Assembly (NCBI GenBank): GCA_965248005.1
Contig: CBDFIE010000003.1
Coordinates: 1,443,130-1,475,129, forward strand
Source of the DNA: Dehalococcoidia bacterium
Lineage (GTDB): Bacteria > Chloroflexota > Dehalococcoidia > Lucifugimonadales > UBA1123
Length of the DNA stretch: 32,000 nucleotides
Reading direction: 5' to 3'
The translations under genes and the position numbers were made by a program. Below, piece by piece: positions 10,134 to 17,757 of the stretch. Within the stretch, counting starts at the first letter, position 1. The number at the start of each line of letters is the position of its first letter. The notes under the pieces were generated by a model. The model had not been told where the DNA came from. It did not search any database and worked only from the letters and a program-made list of their open reading frames with translations.

Positions 10134-10623
10134 GATGGCCCGGTCGCTCCAGCCCGAGGTCGTACTGATGGACATTCGCATGCCCGGTATGGACGGCCTG
10201 GAAGCGACGAAGCGGATAGTCGAGTCCGAGAGCACTAAGGACAGTAGAGTACTCATCCTCACCACATTCGATGAGGATGAGTACGTGTACGGGGCCCTGC
10301 GCGCAGGCGCCAGCGGCTTCTTGCTCAAACGGACCCCTGCAGCGACCCTGGTCGAGGGAATCAGGGTGATCGCAGACGGCGACGCGCTCCTGGCGCCTTC
10401 GGTGACCCGCCGGCTGATCGACCAGTTCGCCCGCTCCCCGGAGCCTGGCAAGCCTGAGGCGAAGGCTCTGCAGCTCCTCAGCCCGCGGGAACGAGAGGTG
10501 CTCGCTCTCGTTGCCAGGGGCTTGTCCAACGGCGAGTGTGCCGAGCAGCTCTTCATGAGCGAGGGCACGCAGGCGGTCATCTGCGCCTACGAGGCAGGCA
10601 TGGTCGAACCCAAGAAGGCCTGA
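10120..10623 (+). pseudogene. NarL/LuxR-family response regulator remnant (ORF 10135..10623 still open)
   Basis: The frame opens mid-receiver at TDAVEMARSLQPEVVLMDIRMPGMDGLEATKRI. The phospho-acceptor Asp, the TTFDEDEY Thr and the LLKRT Lys are present, but the first ~45 residues with the acidic pocket are missing. The HTH reads LSPREREVLALVARGLSN..AEQLFMSEGT/QAVICAYEAGMV. About 18 codons that normally encode the recognition helix (TVKTHVS..L..LRDR) are absent at 10569/10570. Confidence 0.8.
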
Positions 10624-10683
10624 AAGGCTGGATGTTCCCTGAGAACACTTACGAGTAGCGTCGAGGTCGTTACGCATACCGTG

Positions 10684-10699
10684 TACCTCTGGAGAGGTA
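10684..10699. promoter_or_regulatory. NarL-type 7-2-7 inverted heptamer site (TACCTCT-GG-AGAGGTA)
   Basis: The perfect inverted repeat GTACCTCT GG AGAGGTAC spans 10683..10700. Each heptamer fits the NarL consensus TACYYMT in the 7-2-7 arrangement. It lies between the regulator remnant and the MMPL remnant. Confidence 0.5.
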
Positions 10700-10831
10700 C
10701 TTCGCAGCAAGTCTTGTCCCTCCAAAGCGGACGGCAATTTCCCTCCACAGGGAGACGCCAGCAATGATGCCGGGCGGTATCGTTGGCCCCACACTAATCT
10801 CGAAGGAGGCCAACGATGTTGGATGCGATGA

Positions 10832-11840
10832 GGAACTGCAGCTCTCCTGATTGCACTGACCGCGCCGGTGACGACGCTCGAGCTTGGCACGGGCGGCATC
10901 AGCATGCTGCCGGAAGAGACCGATGAACGGCACGCGTTCGATGTCGTGATCGAGGAGTTCTCAGACGGCATCATCACAGCCGAAATCGTAGTGGTGGCGC
11001 CGGACGTTAGCACTGTCGCTGTGCAAGGTGCCATCGAAGACCTGACCGCGTCCCTCGCCTCCGACGACTTCTTCGGAACCGCGGAGTCGACGATTAGCGC
11101 AAACGGCGATCTCGTGGCCATCAGAGTCTCGATCGCGGGCGATATCTCAAGCGACGAGTCGATCGCCGGCATCCGACGGCTGCGCGATGAGTACATCCCG
11201 GCCGCATTCGCCGGCGTGGACGCGGAGGTCCTCGTCGGAGCGGGACAGCCGATGTCATAGACTCGGTCGCGATCGTATGGCAGTACGTGCCACTGATAAC
11301 GGCGGCAGTGCTGGCGGCAAGCTTCCTCCTGCTGCTGGTTGCCTTCCGCTCGATCGTCGTGCCGCTGAAGGCAGTGGTGCCATACAACACGGAGCCGGAG
11401 TTGTCGTGGGTCTCGTCGTACCGTTCCTTGATCCGGCTCAGTAGGAACACGTGGTAGTCCATCGAGAGTCCGAAGAGGATGGCGAAGAGGAACAGGGGGA
11501 TCCATGACTCGACGACCGGGTGCACTCGACCGCTTCAATCATCACCGGCGCCGCCCTGATCATGGTTGCCGTCTTCGGAGGCTTCGCACTTGGGCCGCTG
11601 TCGATGTTCCAGCAGATGGGCTTCGGTCTGGCGGTCGCGGTGATCCTCGACGCCACGATCGTTCGCATGGTGCTCGTCCCTGCGAGCATGGAGCTGCTGG
11701 GCGACAAGAACTGGTACCTCCCGAGCTGGTTGGAGTGGCTGCCCAAGATCAGTATTGAAGGCAGTCGCGAAGATGAGGCTGCTTCCGCCGCGGCGGCCGG
11801 CCACACCCCATCCAACCTGGTCTCCCGTCAGGAAAGTTAG
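10832..11840 (+). pseudogene. MMPL/RND-superfamily transporter remnant (C-terminal half only; frameshifted, deleted and partly inverted)
   Basis: - Piece 1 (10832..11260): GTAALLIALTAPVTTLELGTGGISMLPEE..IRRLRDEYIPAAFAGVDAEVLVGAGQP, which is TM7 plus the second periplasmic loop.
- Piece 2 (11251..11379), in another frame: DVIDSVAIVWQYVPLITAAVLAASFLLLLVAFRSIVVPLKAVV.
- Piece 3 (11380..11519) is on the opposite strand.
- Piece 4 (11520..11840): VHSTASIITGAALIMVAVFGGFALG..FGLAVAVILDATIVRMVLVPASMELLGDKNWYLPSWLEWLP.
An in-frame TGA sits at 10829, and the whole N-terminal half is missing. Confidence 0.8.
11380..11519 (-). other. Inverted internal segment of the MMPL pseudogene
   Basis: The reverse strand encodes PVVESWIPLFLFAILFGLSMDYHVFLLSRIKERYDETHDNSGSVLYG, the highly conserved MMPL TM10-11 region. 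In an intact gene this sits between KAVV... and VHSTASIITGAAL in the same orientation. The right junction is the palindromic hexamer GTGCAC at 11520..11525. Confidence 0.75.
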
Positions 11841-11983
11841 CGAACAGCAACGAGATCGGTAAATGATCTCAAAAGCTTGGACTCCGCCCAAGGCTGAGGT
11901 GGGCTCGCGGACTCGACTTGCGTGCGGTCCGCGTGCCCGCCCTGCCGGCTGCGACCGACCGCATTGCGCCGGTCGGCCGAACG

Positions 11984-13150
11984 CTAGAAGACGAACTCGG
12001 GGCCGGGGATATGCTCGAACCGCTCGAACACGTCGTCCCTCAGCGTGAACCCCAGTCCAGGACCCCGGGGCGCATGGACCGTGCCATCCCGGATGTCGTA
12101 GGGCTCCTGGAACAGCTCGAACATCATCGGCATGTACCCCTGGCTGACCTCGAGGATGTGGCAGTTTTGCGCCGCCATCGCCATGTGAATGCTGGCCGCG
12201 AAGAGCACCCCCGATCCCCATGCGTGGGGCGCCAGCTTGATACCGCGGGCCGAGGCCATGGCGGCGATGCGCCGTATTTCAGTGAAGCCCCCGGCCCTGG
12301 CGATGTCGGGCTGGGCGATGTCCACCGCCCGGTGCAAGAACAGGTCCTCGAAGTCGAACCGGGTGAACTCCCGCTCTCCCGAAGCTATGGGTATGGTGGT
12401 CGAGCGGCGCACCTCCGCCAGGCCGGGGTGGTCGTCGGGTGAGACCGGCTCTTCGAACCAGGCCAGGTCGTACTCCTCCAGCCGGCGCGCCAGCCGAATG
12501 GCCGTGGACACGTCCAGGGAGCCGTGGGCGTCGACCATTAGCTCGACATCCGGCCCGATGCCTCGTCGGGCGGCAGCCACGCGCCGCAGAGTGTTCTCGA
12601 TGGAGAAGCCGTCCCGACCCACGACGCGCATCTTGACCGCCGAGAACCCGCGGGCTGCGTAGCCCGCCATCTCGGCCTCGGCCTCGTCGCCCGGGGCCCA
12701 GCCGCCGGACCCGTAAGCCCGCACTTGATCGCGGGCCGCGCCCAGGGCCTGGTAGATCGGGACGCCCATGAACTTGGCCTTCACGTCCCAGATCGCTATG
12801 TCCAGGCCAGCCACCGCTTCCATGGTGACTCCCCGGCGGCCCTCTCCAGGCTGCGAATGGCCGCGCTCCAGGGCGGGCTTCCAGCGGGAGCCGCTATACA
12901 TCTTTTCGTAGAGCCGCTCGGAGTACATTGGGTCTTCGCCCAGTAGCGTCGGCGCCAGATCGTACTCCACGATGGCGCGCAGGGCCGTTGGGCTGCCCAG
13001 GGAAGCGCCTACGCCGGTCAGGCCTTCATCGGTCTCTACCATGACCAGGACTGCATCGTTTTTGACCTTGGTGCCGAGATCGGTCCGGTGCTGACGCTCG
13101 GGCGGGACCGGGTCGGACATGGGTATGGCGCGGACGCCGGTAATCTTCAT
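11984..13150 (-). CDS. Enolase-superfamily enzyme (mandelate racemase / muconate lactonizing enzyme family; acid-sugar dehydratase-like)
   Basis: Metal-ligand series MVDAHG, WFEEP and ASGERE, with AQPDIARAGG and a C-terminal HAWGSG. Start ATG 13150 (MKITGVRAIPM) is preceded by AAGGAGG; the track's 13285 start is an unsupported extension. Confidence 0.9.
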   Translation of the reverse strand: MKITGVRAIPMSDPVPPERQHRTDLGTKVKNDAVLVMVETDEGLTGVGASLGSPTALRAIVEYDLAPTLLGEDPMYSERLYEKMYSGSRWKPALERGHSQPGEGRRGVTMEAVAGLDIAIWDVKAKFMGVPIYQALGAARDQVRAYGSGGWAPGDEAEAEMAGYAARGFSAVKMRVVGRDGFSIENTLRRVAAARRGIGPDVELMVDAHGSLDVSTAIRLARRLEEYDLAWFEEPVSPDDHPGLAEVRRSTTIPIASGEREFTRFDFEDLFLHRAVDIAQPDIARAGGFTEIRRIAAMASARGIKLAPHAWGSGVLFAASIHMAMAAQNCHILEVSQGYMPMMFELFQEPYDIRDGTVHAPRGPGLGFTLRDDVFERFEHIPGPEFVF

Positions 13151-13242
13151 CGCTGACAGCCTCCTTGCGAGTGCGGGCCTGGGCAGGCGAGCCCAATTAT
13201 CGCACACGAGCCGCGGCGGGCGGCCTTTGACAGGATACCCCG

Positions 13243-13251
13243 TGCTATAAT
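13243..13251 (+). promoter_or_regulatory. Candidate extended -10 promoter (TGCTATAAT) for the MFS gene
   Basis: TGCTATAAT at 13243..13251 is 38 nt upstream of ATG 13289. A TTGACA at 13227..13232 is only 13 nt away from the -10, too close for a standard -35. The call therefore rests on the extended -10. Confidence 0.4.
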
Positions 13252-13288
13252 TCCGCTCTGCAACCCCCGGTGAGATCGTCGACACTCC

Positions 13289-14521
13289 ATGGCCCTGCTA
13301 ACCTACTTCGCCACGACGCACGCATGGGCCTCGTCGTTTCAGTACCGAGATTTTCGACTGCTATGGGTGTCGACCTTTTTCCAATCAGTGGGCATGGGCA
13401 TGGAGTTCGTTGCCCTGGGCTGGCTGGTGCTGGACTTGACCGACTCACCCTTCATGGTAGGCGTGGGGTCAGCGGCGCGAATGGCGCCGTTCTTCTTTCT
13501 GGGCATCGTCGCCGGCGCGGTCGCGGACCGCGTCAATCGCCGGCTGTACCTACGCTGGCTCGCATTGGCGGGGTCTGGGCTGTCCGCGCTGACCGCGGCG
13601 GTCTTGTTCCAGTACCCCGACCTGGTGTGGCCAGTCCTCCTGCTGACGGTGGGCATGGGCTCCGTCTGGGCGTTTACCTTGGCGGCGCGCCAGGCGTATA
13701 CCTTCGACATCGTCGGACCCGAGCAGGCGCTTAACGGCCTTGCGCTCTTATTTCTCGGCCTGAGAATAGGTGCGACGGTCGGCGCGCTAGTGGCCGGAGT
13801 TATCATCGCCATTGTGGGCATCGAGGGACACTACTTGGCCATCTCCACCAGCTACGCGCTCGGCGCCACGGTGCTACTGTTGACCAGGCATCAAGGCCAG
13901 TCCGCGATCGAAAAACCCGAATCGGTCGGTCGCAATCTGCTGGGCGCTCTCCGGCTGCTGCGGGACAATCGGACTCTGCTAATACTGATGTTCCTGGCGG
14001 CCTCCACCGAGGTCTTCGGTTTCACCCACCAGAGCCTGTTGCCGGTTCTCGCCAGAGACGAGCTGGGGGTCGGGTCGGTGGGGCTGGGCGTAATGAGCGC
14101 CTTCGGGCAGGGCGGCGGCGTCATCGGGCTGCTTCTGTTGGCCAATCTAGGCGATTACCGTCACAAGGGCATGCTGATGTTCGTAGTTGCCGGCGGTTTC
14201 GGGGTAGGTCAGATGGCCTTTTCGCTCGGCAACAACGTCTTCGCCTTCGCGCTGATACTGGTTGGAATCAACGCGTGCGCGTCGGTGCTGGACACCCTTT
14301 ACACGACGCTGATGCAGTCCAACGTTCCCAACGATCAGCGCGGAAGGGCCATGGGCTCATGGGTGCTGGGCCTCGGGGCTGCACCGGTCGGGCACCTGGG
14401 GATCGGCGCCATGGCGGGAGCGCTGGGGGCGCCCGGGGCGTTGCTGGTTAACGGGAGCATCCTTGCAGGCATCAATCTGCTGACCGCGCTGGGACTGCGG
14501 AGGGTCCGACGGTTGGAGTAG
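13289..14521 (+). CDS. MFS transporter (MFS_3 / EntS-like subgroup), paralogue-like to 7305..8582
   Basis: 410-aa polytopic ORF. The N-terminal FQYRDFRLLWVSTFFQSVGMGMEFVALGWLVLDLTDSP parallels the other MFS. Confidence 0.85.
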   Translation: MALLTYFATTHAWASSFQYRDFRLLWVSTFFQSVGMGMEFVALGWLVLDLTDSPFMVGVGSAARMAPFFFLGIVAGAVADRVNRRLYLRWLALAGSGLSALTAAVLFQYPDLVWPVLLLTVGMGSVWAFTLAARQAYTFDIVGPEQALNGLALLFLGLRIGATVGALVAGVIIAIVGIEGHYLAISTSYALGATVLLLTRHQGQSAIEKPESVGRNLLGALRLLRDNRTLLILMFLAASTEVFGFTHQSLLPVLARDELGVGSVGLGVMSAFGQGGGVIGLLLLANLGDYRHKGMLMFVVAGGFGVGQMAFSLGNNVFAFALILVGINACASVLDTLYTTLMQSNVPNDQRGRAMGSWVLGLGAAPVGHLGIGAMAGALGAPGALLVNGSILAGINLLTALGLRRVRRLE

Positions 14522-14607
14522 CGGAGCGTGGGGACGGCGATCAGCTCCCGCGAGGGGAGCTCGTCGGTAACAGGTCCATCGACCTGACCCCCGTGCCTTC
14601 GGCTGTG

Positions 14608-14859
14608 TCAGCTCGCCTGGCTTCGACGCTCTTTGCGCCGCCGTAACCGCTCCGGCCACGTGAGCGACGGTTTGCCGCGGGGGATGTGTCTGTGCGCGCG
14701 CTCAATCGAGGGCTCGCCCATGTGGCTGTCCACGTCTCGCTGCACGTCCGGCGGTACGAACCGCGGGCGCCAGCCGCAGGTAATGCAGATGAGCTCGTCC
14801 TGCAGCGGTTCATCGACGACGATTCCTCGGCACCTTGGGCATGGTTCATTTGCAATCAT
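14608..14859 (-). CDS. Small zinc-ribbon protein with a basic C-terminal tail (hypothetical)
   Basis: MIANEPCPRCRGIVVDEPLQDELICITCGWRP.. carries a CPxC...CxxC ribbon, followed by PERLRRRKERR. The third-position G+C bias looks coding by eye. The start could be ATG 14859 or ATG 14874. The gene is divergent from the licD-like gene. Confidence 0.5.
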   Translation of the reverse strand: MIANEPCPRCRGIVVDEPLQDELICITCGWRPRFVPPDVQRDVDSHMGEPSIERAHRHIPRGKPSLTWPERLRRRKERRSQAS

Positions 14860-15115
14860 AGTTCCGCCCCACATTCGGTCGAATGCCGCGACTCAATACA
14901 GTCCCAGCGTAATGGAGCGTGGGGGCGGATGCCTGAACCGTGGCCTAAATAAACCCTACGATTTGCTGACATTGCTGTCGAAGTGCCTGAACTGGACACA
15001 CGCACACCGGGGAGCTATGATGCTGTCCCCCGACGGATCGCGACGCCTGGAACGCAACGTTGCGTAACGATTAGGGGCGCTGGGATTGTGGGGATAACCT
15101 GAGAGGGAGGAGCAC

Positions 15116-16045
15116 ATGGTCACGGACAGGGAAGCAGCGGAGGCGGCTTACGAGAAGTCGCTAGTATCTCCAGTGCCGATGGACCCGGACATCGCGACCG
15201 AGCGGCTGAAGGACGTGAAACGGATCCTGGACGAATGCGGGATCGTCTTCTTCCTCGGTTCGGGCACGTGTCTGGGCGCCATCCGCGAGAACCGTTTCAT
15301 TCCATGGGACGACGAGATGGATGCAGCCTCGATAATCGGGCTTAACGGGCTCACCGAGGACATGATCGAGCCGGTGCTCAAGGTCTTCGAGGACAATGGG
15401 TACTATACGCACTTTAGACCCAGCGCCCGCTTCGTGAGCACCTCGGTGGTGAAGGACGGGATCAGGGCGGACTGGACGTGCCATCGGATCGTCGGCGACA
15501 GCCTGTACCAGTATCCCGGCGTGCGGACCCCGTTAAGGCTGTTCACCGATCTAAAAGAGATCGAGTTCATCGGCGAGAAGTTCCTGGTCCCAAATCCGCC
15601 CGAGGAGTATTTGCAGGCAAAATACGGCCCGGAATGGAGGACGCCTAAGGGTCCGGGGTTCGAGAAAGACGTAGTTCAGAAGATCCCGGACGCTGACGTT
15701 CTCAGCGCTGGAGGCAGGCTCGGACAGCTCGTCACCAAGTACCTCACCCCTTGGCGAGCCGGCAAGATCAGGGTGTTCGACGATGAAGGCCAGCCGGTCG
15801 ACGGCGCCGAGGTCGTGATCGCCGGGGTAGGTCGGTCAAGGACCGACGATCGGGGTTACGCCAGTTTTTACGTGCCCGACGAGTATTTCTACGCGGTCAT
15901 CGTCAGCTATGGCGACCACGAGGAGGTGCTCTACGAGGAGATACTGGCGCCGGGCCAGACCTATGTCTACCGACCGGGGCCCGTGGTTACGCCCGAGGAG
16001 CACTACAAGGCCGGTGTGCGTGCCATGGCATTGACCAGGGAGTAA
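15116..16045 (+). CDS. LicD-family (nucleotidyltransferase-fold phosphotransferase) protein with a C-terminal carboxypeptidase-regulatory-like beta-sandwich
   Basis: FFLGSGTCLGAIRENRFIPWDDEMD matches the LicD core (GTLLGAxR..IPWDDDxD). The C-terminal KIRVFDDEGQPVDGAEVVIAGVGRSRTDDRGYASFYVP fits the CarboxypepD_reg pattern. A strong SD (GAGGGAGGAG) precedes the ATG. No signal peptide is apparent. Confidence 0.75.
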   Translation: MVTDREAAEAAYEKSLVSPVPMDPDIATERLKDVKRILDECGIVFFLGSGTCLGAIRENRFIPWDDEMDAASIIGLNGLTEDMIEPVLKVFEDNGYYTHFRPSARFVSTSVVKDGIRADWTCHRIVGDSLYQYPGVRTPLRLFTDLKEIEFIGEKFLVPNPPEEYLQAKYGPEWRTPKGPGFEKDVVQKIPDADVLSAGGRLGQLVTKYLTPWRAGKIRVFDDEGQPVDGAEVVIAGVGRSRTDDRGYASFYVPDEYFYAVIVSYGDHEEVLYEEILAPGQTYVYRPGPVVTPEEHYKAGVRAMALTRE

Positions 16046-16122
16046 GCCAGCAACTCAGCTCAAGGTCGATAGACGAACCCAGGAGACGGCGTAGACGCGA
16101 AGCACCGGACGAGCCTGCGCCG

Positions 16123-16476
16123 CTAGCGTTCAGCGGTTACCCGCCGTCGCTCCTCGGCGCAGATTTTCACAGTTCGTGGGTACCCTGGGCCGATCCCCAC
16201 GCGGTGGAGCAAGCCGGGGAACTCCTCCATCGTCACGACGGGCCAGACCTCCGGGTAGGAACTGACGCCGACCCACGTGGCGTGGAGCGCCTCGAACATG
16301 GCATCTTCGTTGGGCACGTCCACGACTATCGTGACCGCTCGGCGGGTGAGGGAAAAATACATACCGATGGGGTTAAGCGCCTGCCACGCGCCCATCACGC
16401 TCTGCATGGTTTCCGAGTCTTCCTCAATATCGATCCCCGCATCCGGATCGACCTCGACTTGGACAACATACTTCAT
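16123..16476 (-). CDS. Hypothetical small alpha+beta protein (possibly DUF3303 / muconolactone-isomerase-like fold)
   Basis: 117-aa ORF: MKYVVQVEVDPDAG..TIVVDVPNEDAMFEALHATW..VWPVVTMEEF. The fold guess rests on pattern only. Confidence 0.45.
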   Translation of the reverse strand: MKYVVQVEVDPDAGIDIEEDSETMQSVMGAWQALNPIGMYFSLTRRAVTIVVDVPNEDAMFEALHATWVGVSSYPEVWPVVTMEEFPGLLHRVGIGPGYPRTVKICAEERRRVTAER

Positions 16477-16581
16477 GGCAATCTCCTGAGGAAAAATGGG
16501 GCTTTCTGGAGCTTGGAGGTTATCAGCAGGCCGTTAGGCCGTCAAACCTCGGCGGGGACTCTGAGGCGCCGGTGCCGCCGA

Positions 16582-17334
16582 CTATGCCGGCGGACCGTCA
16601 GCCGGCCCGGGCGTGGGGTCTCCCGTTAGCAGCGGCCGCACGCGAGGATAGCGCGGGCCGGTCCACGTCATTACATGGTCGTACACCCAGATCGTGGCGA
16701 GAAGCAGCGCCAGCCCGACCAGGTAGCCGCCGATCACGTCCGCGGGCCAGTGGTCCAACTCGACGAGGCGGCTCGGCCCCATCAACGCAATCACGGCCAC
16801 CAGCGCCGATACCAGCGCCGAACGTCGTATCGAGGGCGCGCCATAGCGGTTGGCGAGAAACGCAAGCATTCCCAGCACGATCACCGCGAAGACGACGTGG
16901 CCGCTGGGGTACCCGGCCTCGCCAAGAATGAGATCGCCGAATGCGAAATCCACAGTAGGACGGGGGCGGCTTGCAAGGTCGATCAGGGTCAGCGTCGCGG
17001 CGAGCCCGACCAGGGAAAATCCGAAGGCCGCGAACCGGCCCCAGGCCCACCAGACGAGGGGCAGCAACGCGACGAACAGCACCGGCGCCCACTGCTTGCT
17101 CATCGCGATGTCGAGCGCCGCCGACACGCCCTGACCAGCGCCCCCGGAGTGCTCGTATAACCAGCGAGCAACCGATCGCTCGCCCGGTAGCAGGTCGCCG
17201 TCGCCGACGGCCACGGCGAGCGCGACGGCCAGCGCCGCCGGAACGGCGACGCCGATGGCCCAGCGCTGGTCCCGGCCACGCCGCGCCAGGTCCAGGGCCA
17301 GCCGCCGCGGCCAACCGCGGTTGTCAGTTTTCAT
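16582..17334 (-). CDS. PAP2-family membrane phosphatase
   Basis: C2 motif YPSGH and C3 motif SRLVELDHWPAD (SRx5Hx3D) within a polytopic ORF. The C1 region is LASRPRP and lacks the usual Lys. Confidence 0.8.
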   Translation of the reverse strand: MKTDNRGWPRRLALDLARRGRDQRWAIGVAVPAALAVALAVAVGDGDLLPGERSVARWLYEHSGGAGQGVSAALDIAMSKQWAPVLFVALLPLVWWAWGRFAAFGFSLVGLAATLTLIDLASRPRPTVDFAFGDLILGEAGYPSGHVVFAVIVLGMLAFLANRYGAPSIRRSALVSALVAVIALMGPSRLVELDHWPADVIGGYLVGLALLLATIWVYDHVMTWTGPRYPRVRPLLTGDPTPGPADGPPA

Positions 17335-17757
17335 CGGTCAAGGGCGATCGGATGGGAGCCATGGAGACGGGCGATGCGATTAATGATTGGAGTTCTCATG
17401 GATGACCTGGCATAAGTGTACCTTTGGCTGGGGCAATGGGAAAGGTGAAGCTGAGCGGGCCAGGGCTGGGATCAAGCGACCGCCTCGGGGATCGCCCCGC
17501 TTACTAGCAGGGAAGGGATTCGTGATGATTTCGAGTCTGCCCCGAGTATCTTGTGCGATCACTGAGGTTGCTCGCGTGACAGGCGACTCGATAATGGGAA
17601 TCCTTGTGCTAAAGCGACCCTCCAGCCTAGAATGGTCCACGCCATTAGGTGTCCGCGGATGGATTATCCTGTACGGGTCGACTCCTCGGACTTGCCCGCC
17701 GGCTGTCAGGTGGAGTAGGCCGCCCGGGGATTTCAACCAAGATCAGGAGCAGGACAC

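Noticed and set aside
10816-10926. Short ORF with an excellent SD (GAAGGAGG-6 nt-ATG 10816) reading MLDAMRNCSSPDCTDR..
   Set aside because: It is out of frame with the MMPL homology and its peptide is not recognisable. It may be the orphaned translation start of the original transporter gene, but that cannot be shown from the sequence alone.
9934-11538. 534-aa minus-strand ORF, the longest ORF in the 9.5-11.8 kb region
   Set aside because: It is Arg/Pro/Ser/Ala-rich with no recognisable motifs. It runs antisense or off-frame to clearly homologous + strand fragments (response regulator, MMPL). This is typical stop-codon-poor shadow reading of high-G+C DNA.
17700-17745. tRNA/tmRNA-like 3' end on the minus strand (GGTTGAAATCC..CCTACTCCACC), which suggested a permuted tmRNA or an att-site remnant
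   Set aside because: The putative T stem has two mismatches in five pairs. No 5' acceptor strand with a G3-U70 pair fits: GGGGCAG at about 17545 has a C-A mismatch, and GGAGTCG gives A3-U70. No plausible tag reading frame ends in a hydrophobic Ala-rich tail. It also does not match the tRNA-Trp 3' end.
17335-17757. Partial resemblance to riboswitch cores (ZTP CCGCCTGGGC-like GGCCGCCCGGGG; cobalamin-like GGGAAGGGATTCGTG; ykkC-like CTAGAATGGTCC)
   Set aside because: In each case only one short sub-motif is present, with the wrong spacing, and the diagnostic partner motifs (B12 box GCCACTG, UGACUGGCG, GGTCCGAGAG) are absent. The region is kept only as an unclassified structured-RNA candidate.
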